Shown here: in pieces, positions 39,985-52,289 of the stretch
How positions within the stretch are numbered: the stretch's first letter is position 1
Layout of the letters: each line of letters starts with the position of its first letter
Assembly: GCF_001194135.2 (NCBI RefSeq)
Contig: NC_068998.1
Location: forward strand, 15,133,919 to 15,197,918
Length of the DNA: 64,000 nt
Direction: 5' to 3'
DNA from: Octopus bimaculoides
Taxonomy: Eukaryota
Translations under genes and position numbers: made by a program
Notes under the pieces: model-generated
Told to the model about the DNA's origin: nothing
What the model saw: only the letters and a program-made list of their open reading frames with translations
Database searches by the model: none

Positions 39985-40700
39985 TATTCAGATGGTTGCT
40001 TATTATGGCCGGTCAGAGAGTGACCGTTGGTTTCGCACCTATAAAGCACTTAACTATATAAGCGACTCGTCAAACTCGTGGTCCGGAGATACATAAGCTC
40101 TCTACAGCAAGAGGGAGAAATAGGTCGTGATCAGTTGCATTTTGGAAACAAAAAATTTCGGAATGAAATTCTACTGCAAATAAACGTGGGCAAGTTGAAG
40201 TTAACCCCTTAGATCGGTTCCATTGTATCTAAGACGGGTCAATGTATAATCGACTGCTTTTCCCTAATCGGCAAGCGAAGAATTCCACGTTTTCAACATG
40301 AATATCCTCTGATAAAGGCACCAACTAAACACTCCTTTTTTTAGGTTTAAGATTTTCGAGATTCTTGCTCTCTCAGCCAAACGAAGCTTATATCGTTTAC
40401 TCCCACTGATGTATGATCCCCGTTATTCTAGGAGCCTCCATTTAATCATGTATGGTGTACCTTCTTTTAAACACCATACGTAGCTGGCCAGGGATGTTAT
40501 ATTGCGCTTCTCTGGTATCCTAAAGGAGGACTTGTGGACTTTAAGACGATACTTGAACGAACCCTTGTAGGTCCGACATATTTCTCTGTCTGTTCCTTTG
40601 TGTTGGTGGTGTTACATGGTCGCAGGGTTTTTTAACGCCAGCCTGAAATTTTCGTTATCTTTAACGAATTTCCAAAGATAAATCCTTCCTTTCTTTTTCT
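39985..40700 (-). mobile_element. Penelope-like retroelement 3' fragment (GIY-YIG endonuclease plus pLTR)
   Basis: Minus strand reads EKYVGPT/GSFKYRLKVHKSSFRIPEKRNITSLASYVWCLKE...IKWRLLE*RGSYISGSKRYKLRLAER, matching the PLE GIY-YIG pattern; hammerhead motif downstream. Confidence 0.88.
40014..40077 (-). ncRNA. Degenerate type-I hammerhead ribozyme in the Penelope pLTR
   Basis: Minus strand GAGT TTGACGA G...C GAAA CC-AAC-GG TC ACTC; stem I GAGT/ACTC, GUC cleavage triplet, core C3 changed to U. Confidence 0.65.
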
Positions 40701-41299
40701 TTCTGTCTTCTTCTCATCTTTTATTGCCTATCTTGTCCTCTTTAAATACATATATAATTATAATAGCAATGTATGAAATTTTATTGTCTCTGATCTCTGC
40801 AATAATTATATCGCTGACAGCCCTTTAATTTTCGACAGGTCTTCAAATGTACAAAGCGGGTCGATTTAATTCTCTTCTCCTACCTATGTTTAAAATCACC
40901 TAATGACCGCGGATTTTTTTTGATTTTTTCATGATATAATCGTAGTAATTGTAGTATTCATCAATAAGAAAAAGGTGCTGAAACAGCTGTTGCTAAACTT
41001 TAAATGTAAAAACTTTTTATTTTTATTTATATGAATTTTTATGAATTTTTATGAATTTTATATATCTTTATATTTTTTATATATCTTAGTTTACCTTATA
41101 TTTCTTGATAATTTTGATTTTTTTCAAATTTCTATATCTGAACACATTTCTTTTTATGTTCTAAGTAACTTTTAATTATTTACCTTATCTTTAATATTTA
41201 ATATTTCTTATCGTTACCCTCCCCTAATTGTTGCACATGATCTAAATTCTTTTTACTTTTATTCTTATTGTTATCTCTTTTATATAAACTTTATATATC

Positions 41300-41500
41300 C
41301 TCGTTAGCACACCGGGCGAAATGCTTAGCGGTATTTCGTCTGTCTTTACGGTCTAAGTTCAAATTCCGCCGAGGTCGACTTTGCCTTTCATCCTTTCGGG
41401 GTCGATAAATTAAGTACCAGTTGCGTACTGGGGTCGATCTAATCGACTGGCCCCCTCCCCCATAATTTCGGGCTTTGTGCATAGAGTAGAAAAGAATATA
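41300..41500 (+). mobile_element. Young Meta-domain SINE
   Basis: Near-consensus GTTAGCACACCGGGCGAAATGCTTAGCGG...CCTTTCATCCTTTCGGGGTCGATAAATTAAGTACCAG. Confidence 0.95.
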
Positions 41501-41918
41501 CTAGAAAATGATAATCAGTTTAAATAATCGTAATAGCCATCATGTAAAAACAATACATATAAAATGTACAATGGATTGGCAATTAATTAGTTTAATTAAC
41601 CTTAGTAACCTATGTTTATAAAATATGTTATAAATTGGTAATTAAGACAGTTTAATCAATCTTAATAGTTATCCCTCATGAACAATGTTTAATGTATATA
41701 TTGTGTATAATCTAAGAGAGTTATACTCTTAAAGTAAGTTGTATATTCTAGCAGAGGTGAAGGTGGGATATGGTCGACTATACATCGCCAAGTCTCGGAC
41801 AAGTTTACCTCCCACACATACGCACATATAAATATACATAAATATAAATACATATATATATATATATACATAATGATACTCTCGTGTATCTCCTGTTTCC
41901 ATCACTTGCAATGCTTAC

Positions 41919-41968
41919 GTAAGTGCTGACGTAAGAAAAGTCAAACAAACTGCGAAACAAAATATCAT
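41919..41968 (-). other. Candidate signal-peptide exon (MIFCFAVCLTFLTSAL)
   Basis: GGATTTCAG|ATG start and AC|GTAAGC donor; hydrophobic translation, which may simply reflect T-richness. Confidence 0.2.
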
Positions 41969-42094
41969 CTGAAATCCTATTAATGCTTCACAAATGTATT
42001 GCATTTGAAAAATCACAGAAAACGTCCACCGAGAACACATCATTGATCCACTCACAGACCACGACACATTATTGAACCGTGGGGTATGTCGTTA

Positions 42095-42310
42095 ATCTTT
42101 TACTTGCTTCAGTCATTGGACTTCGACCTTACTGTAGAACTGCCTTCCTTGAACGATTTAAGCGAACAAATCGACTCTGGTACTTAGATATCTTTTGTCT
42201 AGTATCTATCGATGTCTTTTGTCGAACCGTTCATTTACAAGGACACAAACAAAACTTAAGCCGGTTGTCAAGAGGTGGTGGTGGACCAACACAAGCACAG
42301 ATACACACAC
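42095..42310 (-). mobile_element. OR2-like SINE, 3' half
   Basis: CTTTTACTTGCTTCAGTCATTGGACT...GTCGAACCG...CGGTTGTCAAG is the reverse complement of the family tail. Confidence 0.75.
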
Positions 42311-43140
42311 ACACACACGCGCGCGCATACACACACATAATTTTATGCGCACAGGCGTATAAATGCGAGAACTTTCCACTTATCCTTCTGACGGAAATAT
42401 TCAACGTTTCCAGCTCAACGCGATTTTCATATCGTGCATCATACGAGTTGATAATATTGTTGCTATTTGTTATGTATAATTATTATGGAGACTGTTTGCG
42501 TAATATGCATTATAACATCAACCAGACATCCTTTCTTAGAAACAGCTGTACAGTTATATCTCCAACTTGTAATATGAATATGTATACATATAATATATCA
42601 TATAGATAAATTTTTACCTTCTACATTTGTTGTCTTTTTCTCTTTTGTTAATCTTTCAAGCTATGTGTTAATTTTTAAATTACTCTTGATCTGCTGGACA
42701 TACTCCGATTAGGAAGTTGGAATTTAAGAATATGACCAGTCCGTTAAGCACTGACGCTCTGCTTAATTATTCTACAATTATGCTAACGTCTTCTCACATA
42801 CTGTACATTTATATCTCGCCAACTATATATCATATTTAATGAATCTACACCGTTGATAGGGTAATCATTGCAGTATTTGTCCCGAGACAACATCTCTGAT
42901 GGACGCATTGTGTTAGAGACACAATAAGTATCGAAGATGAGAGACGAAAAATTGCGATTAAGTTCATAATTGTTTCGCTAGAAATTCATTAACGCCATCA
43001 AAACAGGTTACATCATATAACGTAGATTTCCAGTTCTTCAGGTGTTATATAAATTTAAGCAACTATTTCTTCGCTCACCAGCTTTCTCCAGTCATATACG
43101 TTGATGTGCCTTGCTTCTTATGAATCCATTGACGTAAATA

Positions 43141-43348
43141 TGTGGGGGTTGATGAAAAGTTCCTGGCTTTGGATAAAATAAAATGCAGGAGGATCAGTTT
43201 ATTATGATTTTTTTTTTCAAAATATTCCCCACTCAGATTTATACTTATTGCAGCGGTCCTTCGGTTTTTCTAAGCCCTGTAAAAGAACTCGGAAGAGCCA
43301 GGCCTTTTGGGACACCCTTAAAGCTAGGAACCTTTCAGCAAACCCTTG
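43141..43348. mobile_element. Mariner-type MITE, copy 1
   Basis: TIRs GGGGGTTGATGAAAAGTTCCTGGCTTT and AAAGCTAGGAACCTTTCAGCAAACCCTTG, with TA on both sides. Confidence 0.88.
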
Positions 43349-44358
43349 TATACTGAATATGGACGATGTGTAAGTTTCAATGATAGCAGACGAACTGCCA
43401 GTCTTTCGATCGACAGTCCGACACTACACACTATCAGTTGTAGCATTGAATCTACTACATACAATCCGTTTCTCTCAAATGAATTAATAGAAATCAGTGG
43501 AAGGAATGGACATTTTGCAGCCGGTGTATTCTGTCTAGCCGGTTAAATACTGATTAAACAACATACAAAATATACAGGGGGGAAAAAGTTTATAATCGCT
43601 TTGCAAATGGTTCAACGCTCTCAAATCAATAGTATGACAAATAACGATGGATTATTCTTCGTGGTTGGCAACAAAAGAAACAGATTTATAATCCAAGTAA
43701 GGTGGTATTGATCTGATACTTGATCTTTTCGTGTGCTAACATTTGATGTGAAAGCAGTAAAGTCAGGTTGTAATCTGTGTCTAAAATTCTACACAACAGT
43801 TAGGTGTATATAAATTCTTTTACTTATTAATTCTTTTATTGATTTCAGTCATTGAATTGGAATGTGACCATGATAAAGACACAGCCTTTAAGTTCATTTT
43901 TATTCTCTTTGACTGTCCTATTTACCCAAGTAGTTATTTCTGAGTAGCATTTATCGATCCATGTTTATCAAATGGGTTAGTTAACATCTTGACACAACAC
44001 CAGCAAACATAAAAAGGGGAACAGATACACACGCATGCATGCATATATATATATATATATAGTATAATGATAAAATCTATAAAAAAATTTATCGAGTAGC
44101 CAGCGTGTAAAACCAATTAAGGAAAAAATTAATACAAAGTATATAATCTTTTCCTTTATATATAAAATACATTATAATATCAAGGGCTATTACTATCCGT
44201 AAAAGCTACATGCTTTAATGGGACTCTAAAGTCAAACTACTATATATATATATAGATATATATCTTAATTATTAGCAACGGAAGCAGTATTAATACCGAA
44301 TAGCCATGTTTATATTCAATTTAACGGGGATATACTACTTTATGATCGCCATAAAACT

Positions 44359-44950
44359 GCAAATTTAAAAAGGTGATCGAAGTGAATAATAAATCACAGA
44401 AATATATATAAGGATATTGTTTACAATAATATCAAGCGGTATAGCATGCATAAATAACCATCAAGGTAATACTATAAGGTAAAAAAACAATTAATAATTA
44501 AGGGTGCTACAAGTGGCACCAGCGCGCTAAAAATAGCAGCCAGAAGATAATTACAACCACAAATTTTCACTAATGCACATTAATTGAAATCGGGGGAATG
44601 AGCAGAAATTCTAAGCCCCCCCCCCCGTACCAATAACGAAAAGAATCGTATATTGATATTATTGTAAACAATAATAACCTTATATATATTTTTACAATTT
44701 ATTATTCACTTCGATCACCTTTTTAAATTTGCCGCGGCATTAAATACAGTCATCGCGCACACTGTTGAGATGGACAATTTCTATGACTCTTGGTTCAGTA
44801 AGACTCGCTGAGGATAACTGACATTTTCGCAAGGTTTGAAATCGTGACGGTACGGGTGTGTCTGGCTTTTCAATTTACGATTCTTTTCGTTATTGATGCG
44901 AGGGCTACTTTTAGCGTGCTGGTGCCACTTGTAACACCCTTGATTGTTAA
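44359..44950. repeat. Interleaved inverted-repeat complex (A-B-C-A'-C'-B'), probably Penelope-derived
   Basis: A 44359-44435 pairs with 44653-44732; B 44491-44537 with 44904-44950; C about 44632-44650 with 44876-44894. Confidence 0.85.
44803..44857 (+). ncRNA. Type-I hammerhead ribozyme-like fold
   Basis: ACTCG CTGAGGA TAACT...GGTTT GAAA TCG-TGA-CGG TA CGGGT; stem I 5 bp, stem III 4 bp, GUA triplet, U-U at the base of stem II. Confidence 0.6.
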
Positions 44951-45189
44951 TGCAGTTTATTAACTATACGTTTGAACGAATTTCAATTACAATTTCATTT
45001 GCCTAATCAATGATTTGGTTTGTTTTTCTCCGTTTTCGGTTTTATTGTTGTTGTGTTTGTTTTGTTTTTCATTTTGCTTTTTGATTTTTGGTATCTTGTC
45101 TTTTTTGGTTTTGTTTTTGTTTCTTATTATTATAAGCTCTAATTGAAATTGAATTGAGCCTCTTATTTACGACCCAAGGATTGTATTTC

Positions 45190-45333
45190 TTGGCACGGTG
45201 GTTAGGAAGCTCGCTTTGCAGCCACGTGGTTTCTGGTTCAATTCCCCTGTGCGGCATTTTTTGTAAATGCGTTCAACTATAAGCTCCCGGCCGACCAGTG
45301 ATTTGTGAGTGAACTTGCTAAACAGAAACTTGA

Positions 45334-45390
<57 letters not shown>

Positions 45391-45605
45391 TGTGTGTGTT
45401 TGTGTTTTCTCTCGCCATCGCTTTGACAATAGGTAGTAGATTGGTAACATTCACATAAATTATGAATTAGGAAAAGAGACCGACAGAATAAGTACCAGGA
45501 TTTAAAAAAGTAAGTACCTGGATCGATCTGTTCAACTCAAGTCCCCCCCACCCAAGGCAGTACCAACATGGCTGCAGTCCAATGACTGAAACAAATAAAT
45601 AATAA
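45190..45605 (+). mobile_element. OR2-like CORE SINE
   Basis: GTGGTTAGGAAGCTCGC head, GGTTCAATTCC B-box and GTCCAATGACTGAAACAAATAAA tail. Confidence 0.85.
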
Positions 45606-45670
45606 AAGAGAGTAATCGTCGATAGACGGTGAATTAGTGAATTAGTGAAGTTGTGAGAGTGTTGGGTATA

Positions 45671-45888
45671 CAAGGGGGGTACTGAAAAGTTCCTGGCTTT
45701 GGGTAAAAGAAAATACAAGAGAATCAGTTAATTATGATTTTATTCAACATATTCCCCTCTCAGATTCATACACTTATTGCAGTGGTCCTTAAATTTTTCT
45801 AAGCCTTATAAAGGAACTCGGAAGTTTGGGCCTCCAACCAGGCCTTTCGCGACACCCTTAAAGCCAGGAACTTTTCAGCACCCCTTCG
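45671..45888. mobile_element. Mariner-type MITE, copy 2
   Basis: TA|CAAGGGGGGTACTGAAAAGTTCCTGGCTTT...AAAGCCAGGAACTTTTCAGCACCCCTTCG|TA; homologous to 43141-43348. Confidence 0.92.
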
Positions 45889-45929
45889 TATAATGCTTTG
45901 CATTTTTTTTTTTTTTTTTTTTTTTGCTG

Positions 45930-46130
45930 TCTGTGCATAGAGCTATATCCCGTCGTTCGACTTGGAGTTTCACATTCGAGAGCTGATAAACTGAATACCA
46001 GTCATGTACAGAGGAAGGATGAGAGGCGAAGCCGACTTCGGCAGAATTTGAAATCAGAACATAAAGCCGGACGAAATGCCGCTAAGCATTTTGACCGGCG
46101 TGCTAATGATTCTGCTAGCTTGATGCCTTT
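45930..46130 (-). mobile_element. Degraded Meta SINE
   Basis: CCGACTTCGGCAGAATTTGAAATCAGAAC...GGACGAAATGCCGCTAAGCATTTT...CGTGCTAA. Confidence 0.8.
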
Positions 46131-47174
46131 AAAGCTATAAACAATAACGTGTAATTCGGCATTTTCTAATAACAGAGATTTTTAACACAATATTTACCCG
46201 CTATTATTTATAGCTTTATCTGCTGCTTCGAGATCCGCCGTCCTAAAAAAAATGAATTATGATAAAAACAGTGGCTTCTGATTTTTTTGTGGTTGGATAT
46301 GTTAGCTGAAGAATTATGCAGCGTGTAAAAGAATCCCCAAATAGAAAAAAAAGGGGATAACTTTATGGCCGTTTCGTTTTTAGCTAATATTGAATTTCAA
46401 CACTCTGACTTGTTAATGGGAACTAGCAATATGTCTGCTACATGAAGGTCCTGCAAACAGATGATCCATTTAGGAGCCATCTTCGTCTAAATAAATAATC
46501 TGAGACAAGATGCTATAGATCGTTTTTCTTCCATCGCCCTGGAAAAATCCCATTCTCTTTCTCTTTTTCTCTCTCTTTCTCCATCTCTCTCTTTTATTTT
46601 CTCTCTAGTTTATCACATTGCTGTAAATAAACACCTCATAGTTCACTGCATAAACTCGAAGAACATTGAATAATGGGTGAAAGTATCATTAGCTTGCAAT
46701 GTCGGGCTACAATACAATCATTGATTATATCTGAGACTAATTTTCTTGGCTTACATCTTTGTTTTCTGTTATATCTATTTCAGATTCCAGTCCCTCGCCA
46801 ATTTACTTAGAAAGTCATAAGTTTCCAATTTCATAAATCCTTCAATTGCCTAGAAATTCTAGAATTCCTGCTAATCGGAGCAATATAACATGCTCGATTT
46901 CTGCCAATAGCTTAATGTTAGATGACAGATTGCAGTCAATTAAATCGAGCTCCTAAACCAAGTATCTAAAGGATAAAATATTTTGTCAACCTCGAAGGAA
47001 TGGAAAAGCAACAACGGAATTTGAACTCAGGACGTAAAGAAACGAGGTCAGAAACAGTAAATCAGTTATTTTCGATGCTCAAAATTTTGCTTAAAATCCT
47101 CCCCCTCCCCAAAGCAAATATAAACTTTAGGGTTTAAATAAGCAGCTCAACTCGATTTAACATATACTGAAGCA

Positions 47175-47470
47175 TTTGTTAGCAGCAAATAGAGCGTCTC
47201 ACAAGTGGATTCGAACCCTTCCACAAGAAGCGGAAGAGCTGTCTTTCCCGCTTGTTCAACCACGAATCAAGGCAGGAAACAACGGTTAGGCGGTAGGTGA
47301 TGACCGATGCGATGAACACATTGGCCACCTCCACCCTCCCTTTCAGGGATAGCCACCGCCAAGACCAGGTCTTGGCTATGTGGGCCACCCTGCTCGCTGG
47401 TTTAACGCCAGTCTCTTCGCCGTCACCTGAGCTGCAGAGCCAGATTCCATTGCCCGAGTAAAGGAAAAGG
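47175..47470 (-). mobile_element. L1/Tx1-clade LINE fragment (post-RT thumb region)
   Basis: TWSWRWLSLKGRVEVANVFIASVITYRLTVVSCLDSWLNKRERQLFRFLWKG matches the W..R.LSL.GR..V.N...S...Y...FLWKG pattern. Confidence 0.85.
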
Positions 47471-47789
47471 ACATATATATATATATATATATATTTNNNN
47501 NNNNNNNNNNNNNNNNNNNNNNNNNNNNNNNNNNNNNNNNNNNNNNNNNNNNNNNNNNNNNNNNNNNNNNNNNNNNNNNNNNNNNNNNNNNNNNNNNNNN
47601 NNNNNNNNNNNNNNNNNNNNNNATATATTATATCTTGCCACGAACGAACAATTAACATCTAGAATTAAAAATATTCCTATAGCAGAAATCTTCACAGAAC
47701 ATTATACAAAACTTCCTGAAGGAATTATGATAATACAAGTAGACAATATAAACCTTGCAATACTAAAATCATATTTCACCACAGACATA

Positions 47790-48100
47790 GCCCCCCACCC
47801 CGAAAGGATGAAAGGCAAAGTTGACCTCGACGGGATTTCAGCTCAGAAAGTAAAGGGTCAGAAAATACGCTGCTAAGCATTTTGTCCAACGCAATAATTC
47901 TCCTCCTGGTCTCCACCTTAAAAAATCGCTTAATGATTTCTAAATTAGGCACAAAGCCCGCCGTTTTGAGAGGAGGGATTTAATCGATGCTATTGACCCC
48001 AGTTCTTGGATGATAGCTTACATTATCGACCCCGAAAGAATGAAAAGTGAAGTTGACGTCGTTGGAACAAGAACTCAGAATATGAATTTCAGCGCATTTT
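47790..48100 (-). mobile_element. Tandem pair of Meta SINEs
   Basis: Two CCCGAAAG(G/A)ATGAAA cores at about 47800 and 48030. Confidence 0.8.
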
Positions 48101-48758
48101 ATCAGATAAGTGCTCAATAATAAAAAAAATTAAGGGAATTCTGGAATGTAATTTCATCTGATTGGATTCTCTGGAAGGGAAAGTAACACATTTATAATGT
48201 AATTTCGATTTGAAATTGTTTGAAATTGCTCTTAAAGTTTACAGTCAGGTCAGTATTGGGTGTCGTTGGTGAAAAGTACCGTAAATTCTAATATCTATAG
48301 ATTTCTATTATTTATTATGTGTCTCACAAAGAAGAGAAATCGATGGATTAATAGAAGCGTTTAGAATAAAATACTACGAAAGTTTTAAAGTTAATATTGA
48401 CGTATTTAATGCATCGCGCAGAAGAAATCACATTAGAAATACTTATGTGATGAGAAAATGACAATATTAGCTCAATGACTTGATATTACGTTAAGCTGTT
48501 CAGGGGTGTACCCGTGAAAACTCTGCACATGCTTTGTTTTTATTACACCTCCTCAGCGTATGTTTAAGAGAAAAAAAGAAAGCGGTTGATCAATAGAGTT
48601 TATTTAGAACGACAGGCTATTAAACTTCTTAAGTCAATGTTGTCATATTTAATGCAATGAACAACAGAAATCAAATTAGGAATATTTGTGATGGGAAAAT
48701 AGAGAACCTTATTTCAATAGTCGATATTACTTTAAACAGTTTCCGGGAAAACTCAGGA

Positions 48759-48840
48759 ATGTTTCGGTCTTATTCTGATAAGACCGAAACATATTATAGA
48801 CTGCTCAGCATATTATAGCTCCTCAGCATATTATAGACTT
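48759..48840. repeat. Perfect 15-bp inverted repeat followed by three 18-19-bp tandem units
   Basis: ATGTTTCGGTCTTAT-TCTG-ATAAGACCGAAACAT, then CATATTATAG(A)CT(G/C)CTCAG repeated. Confidence 0.95.
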
Positions 48841-48977
48841 CACTGTACTTGCCAAACTAATTCGCGAGAGAATAAAGAAATGGGCGTACAATGTTGTATA
48901 CAAGAAAGCTTGCAAAATTAGCATATAAATATTAGCATAGATGTATGTGTATGTGCGTGAATGTATGCACAAACATA

Positions 48978-49027
<50 letters not shown>

Positions 49028-49629
49028 GTTGTTAGACAAATTCGTTAGTTTCACCTTAAACCCGTTCTAATGTTATTTGAATTAACACGACAAATATNNN
49101 NNNNNNNNNNNNNNNNNNNNNNNNNNNNNNNNNNNNNNNNNNNNNNNNNNNNNNNNNNNNNNNNNNNNNNNNNNNNNNNNNNNNNNNNNNNNNNNNNNNN
49201 NNNNNNNNNNNNNNNNNNNNNNNNNNNNNNNNNNNNNNNNNNNNNNNNNNNNNNNNNNNNNNNNNNNNNNNNNNNNNNNNNNNNNNNNNNNNNNNNNNNN
49301 NNNNNNNNNNNNNNNNNNNNNNNNNNNNNNNNNNNNNNNNNNNNNNNNNNNNNNNNNNNNNNNNNNNNNNNNNNNNNNNNNNNNNNNNNNNNNNNNNNNN
49401 NNNNNNNNNNNNNNNNNNNNNNNNNNNNNNNNNNNNNNNNNNNNNNNNNNNNNNNNNNNNNNNNNNNNNNNNNNNNNNNNGAGATTAAGATCGCAATAAA
49501 ATAACGAAAAAATATGCATTCGATAATTAATGTTAGCATTGTGCTGCTCTTTCTACAAAGATTTATTTCAGAGAATTTTCGAGAAAGAGTGGAATAGTCC
49601 TCAAAAAAAATTTTTTTTTCAGCATAGAT

Positions 49630-50045
49630 GCAGGCGTGGCCGTGTGGTAAGAAGCTTGTTTCCCAACCACATGCTTCCGGGTTAAGGCCCACTGCGTGAC
49701 ACCTTGGGCGAGTATTTTCTACTATAGCCTCGGGCCGACCAAAGCTTTGTGAGTGGATTTGGTAGACGGAAACTGAAAGAAACTTGTATATATGTATATG
49801 TGCGTGTGCATGTGTGTGTGTGTGTGTGTGTCTGTCTGTCCCCCACCATTACTTGACAACCTGTGTTGGTGTATTAACGTCACCGTAACTTAACGATTCG
49901 GCAAAAAATGACCGATAGAATAAGTACCAGACTTAAGAAAAATTAAGTACTGGAGTCGAGTCATTCGAGTAAAAAGATTGCTCAAGTTGGTGCCCCAGTA
50001 TGGCCGCAGTCTAATGACTGAAACAAGTAAAAGGTAAAAGATTCT
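49630..50045 (+). mobile_element. Full-length young OR2-like CORE SINE
   Basis: GCAGGCGTGGCCGTGTGGTAAGAAGCTTG...CACCTTGGGCGAGT...GTCTAATGACTGAAACAAGTAAAAGG. Confidence 0.95.
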
Positions 50046-50379
50046 TATTATAATGAAATTAACAAAATGCATGAAGTTGAGATGCATGAAATATCCTCCT
50101 CCAATTCTTTTTCACACTAAATTCCAAAATAACCATAATATACACCATCTGAAAAGTATTTGTAGAAAATTTCATTTAAAATTATCGATTTTTCTAATAG
50201 TTAAGACAAAATCTACAGGTAGATAGGTAAACCTTTGTAGTAATTATGCCCAATTGACGTAAATTAAAGCCAGTTTCCTTATTCAGCCTTCTATATGATC
50301 AACGACATTCTGCAAAGAATACTAGAATCAGCATAATTTGGCTGATGCTAGATTAAACTTATAATTTGCAGAAGGTGAA

Positions 50380-50560
50380 GACGATGCGGTGGTAGAATCG
50401 TCAGAGTATCAAGAAAAATAATTGTTTTGCGGTATTTGATTCGGCCATTTACATTCTGGATTCAAATCCCGCCGACGCCAACTTTGCCTTCCAGTCTTCC
50501 GGGATCAATAAAATAAAGTATCAGATTAAGTACTGGAGTCGATAGTATCGACAATAAATT
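50380..50560 (+). mobile_element. Meta SINE
   Basis: GGATTCAAATCCCGCCGACGCCAACTTTGCCTTCC...AAAATAAAGTATCAG. Confidence 0.8.
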
Positions 50561-50830
50561 AGGAACCATTCTACAGAATGATTCAAAATTTCCTTTAGCA
50601 TTAATATAAACCGGCTAAACTACCCTGGTTCGGGGATTCCATGATAGTTAGTTTGCTGCCCTATTGTTCATGTTGCCAACTATTCAAGCCGCATCCTACC
50701 ATATTATAGAAAGGATAGACTTGTTGGATAATGTATGTACGTACGTATGTATGCATGATTTTTCTTTGAGTTTTATTCAATTTCTTCTTCAGAGAGTGCA
50801 AGCTAGTCGCTAACAAAGTGACCAGACCTC

Positions 50831-50877
<47 letters not shown>

Positions 50878-51155
50878 NNNNNNNNNNNNNNNNNNNNNNN
50901 NNNNNNNNNNNNNNNNNNNNNNNNNNNNNNNNNNNNNNNNNNNNNNNNNNNNNNNNNNNNNNNNNNNNNNNNNNNNAAAGACTTTCTCGCTTCCCGAGCG
51001 TTAAACTAATACATCTGTTTGTTGTTTACACACCCGTCTTCGTCTTTTGTTTTGTTTGTTTGTTTTGTTATTTTTTTTTGTAAATTCCAACTATATATAT
51101 AGAGAGAGAGAGAGAGGAGGGAGAGGGAGAGAGGGGGGGGAGAGGGAGAGAAAGA

Positions 51156-51186
<31 letters not shown>

Positions 51187-51473
51187 TAGAGGGGGTGTAA
51201 TCGATTTAACGCGAAACGTGTCTGGAATTTTAAGTAGTATAATTGGTTGGCACGATGGACAGAATAGCCTCCATTTCCGATTCTTAGTTGACTAAACACT
51301 TTTCTGTCTGTACCGTAATTGAGTTAGCTGCAGAAAATCGTCTCGTTTAAGTCGTTTAGATTTTTGTCGACTGAGAACAATATAACGACTGTCAACAGGT
51401 TTTGATGTCTTAAGACAGGTAGATATAGATCACTCCTAGCAAAAAAAAAGGGCAAACAACCCTAACATTGTGT

Positions 51474-51510
<37 letters not shown>

Positions 51511-52289
51511 CGCGTGCGTGTATTTATGTGTGAGAGTATGTATGTGTATATATGCATGTGTATGTATGTATGTATGTATGTATGTATATAAGTGTTTGTG
51601 TGTCTATGTGTGTGTATGTATATATATATATATATGTCTGTGTACGCGTGTATAAATACAAGTGTGTGTGTATGTATGCGTGTATGCATATGTATGAGTT
51701 CGAAACGCCGGTGTTAAAACGGGGTCGCTGATGAAGTAGAATGTTCTCTATGTGGCTTGTGTGTTTTCTCGTCTACGTTTTGTCTGCAATGTCCTGTACC
51801 CAGATATGCACCTATACATACAGGTGGATATCGGTACGCACATACCTGTACGTATATATGCATATACTCATTTACTATTTGTTTATATATATATATATAT
51901 GTATATATATACATATATNNNNNNNNNNNNNNNNNNNNNNNNNNNNNNNNNNNNNNNNNNNNNNNNNNNNNNNNNNNNNNNNNNNNNNNNNNNNNNNNNN
52001 NNNNNNNNNNNNNNNNNNNNNNNNNNNNNNNNNNNNNNNNNNNNNNNNNNNNNNNNNNNNNNNNNNNNNNNNNNNNNNNNNNNNNNNNNNNNNNNNNNNN
52101 NNNNNNNNNNNNNNNNNNNNNNNNNNNNNNNNNNNNNNNNNNNNNNNNNNNNNNNNNNNNNNNNNNNNNNNNNNNNNNNNNNNNNNNNNGAGGCCAGCCG
52201 AGACGGGAGAGACAGACGTTGTAGATATTTATCTTGAACAGTTTCAATTGAAGGAATGAAAGAAAACAGGGGCAGAAAGTATGCAGATT

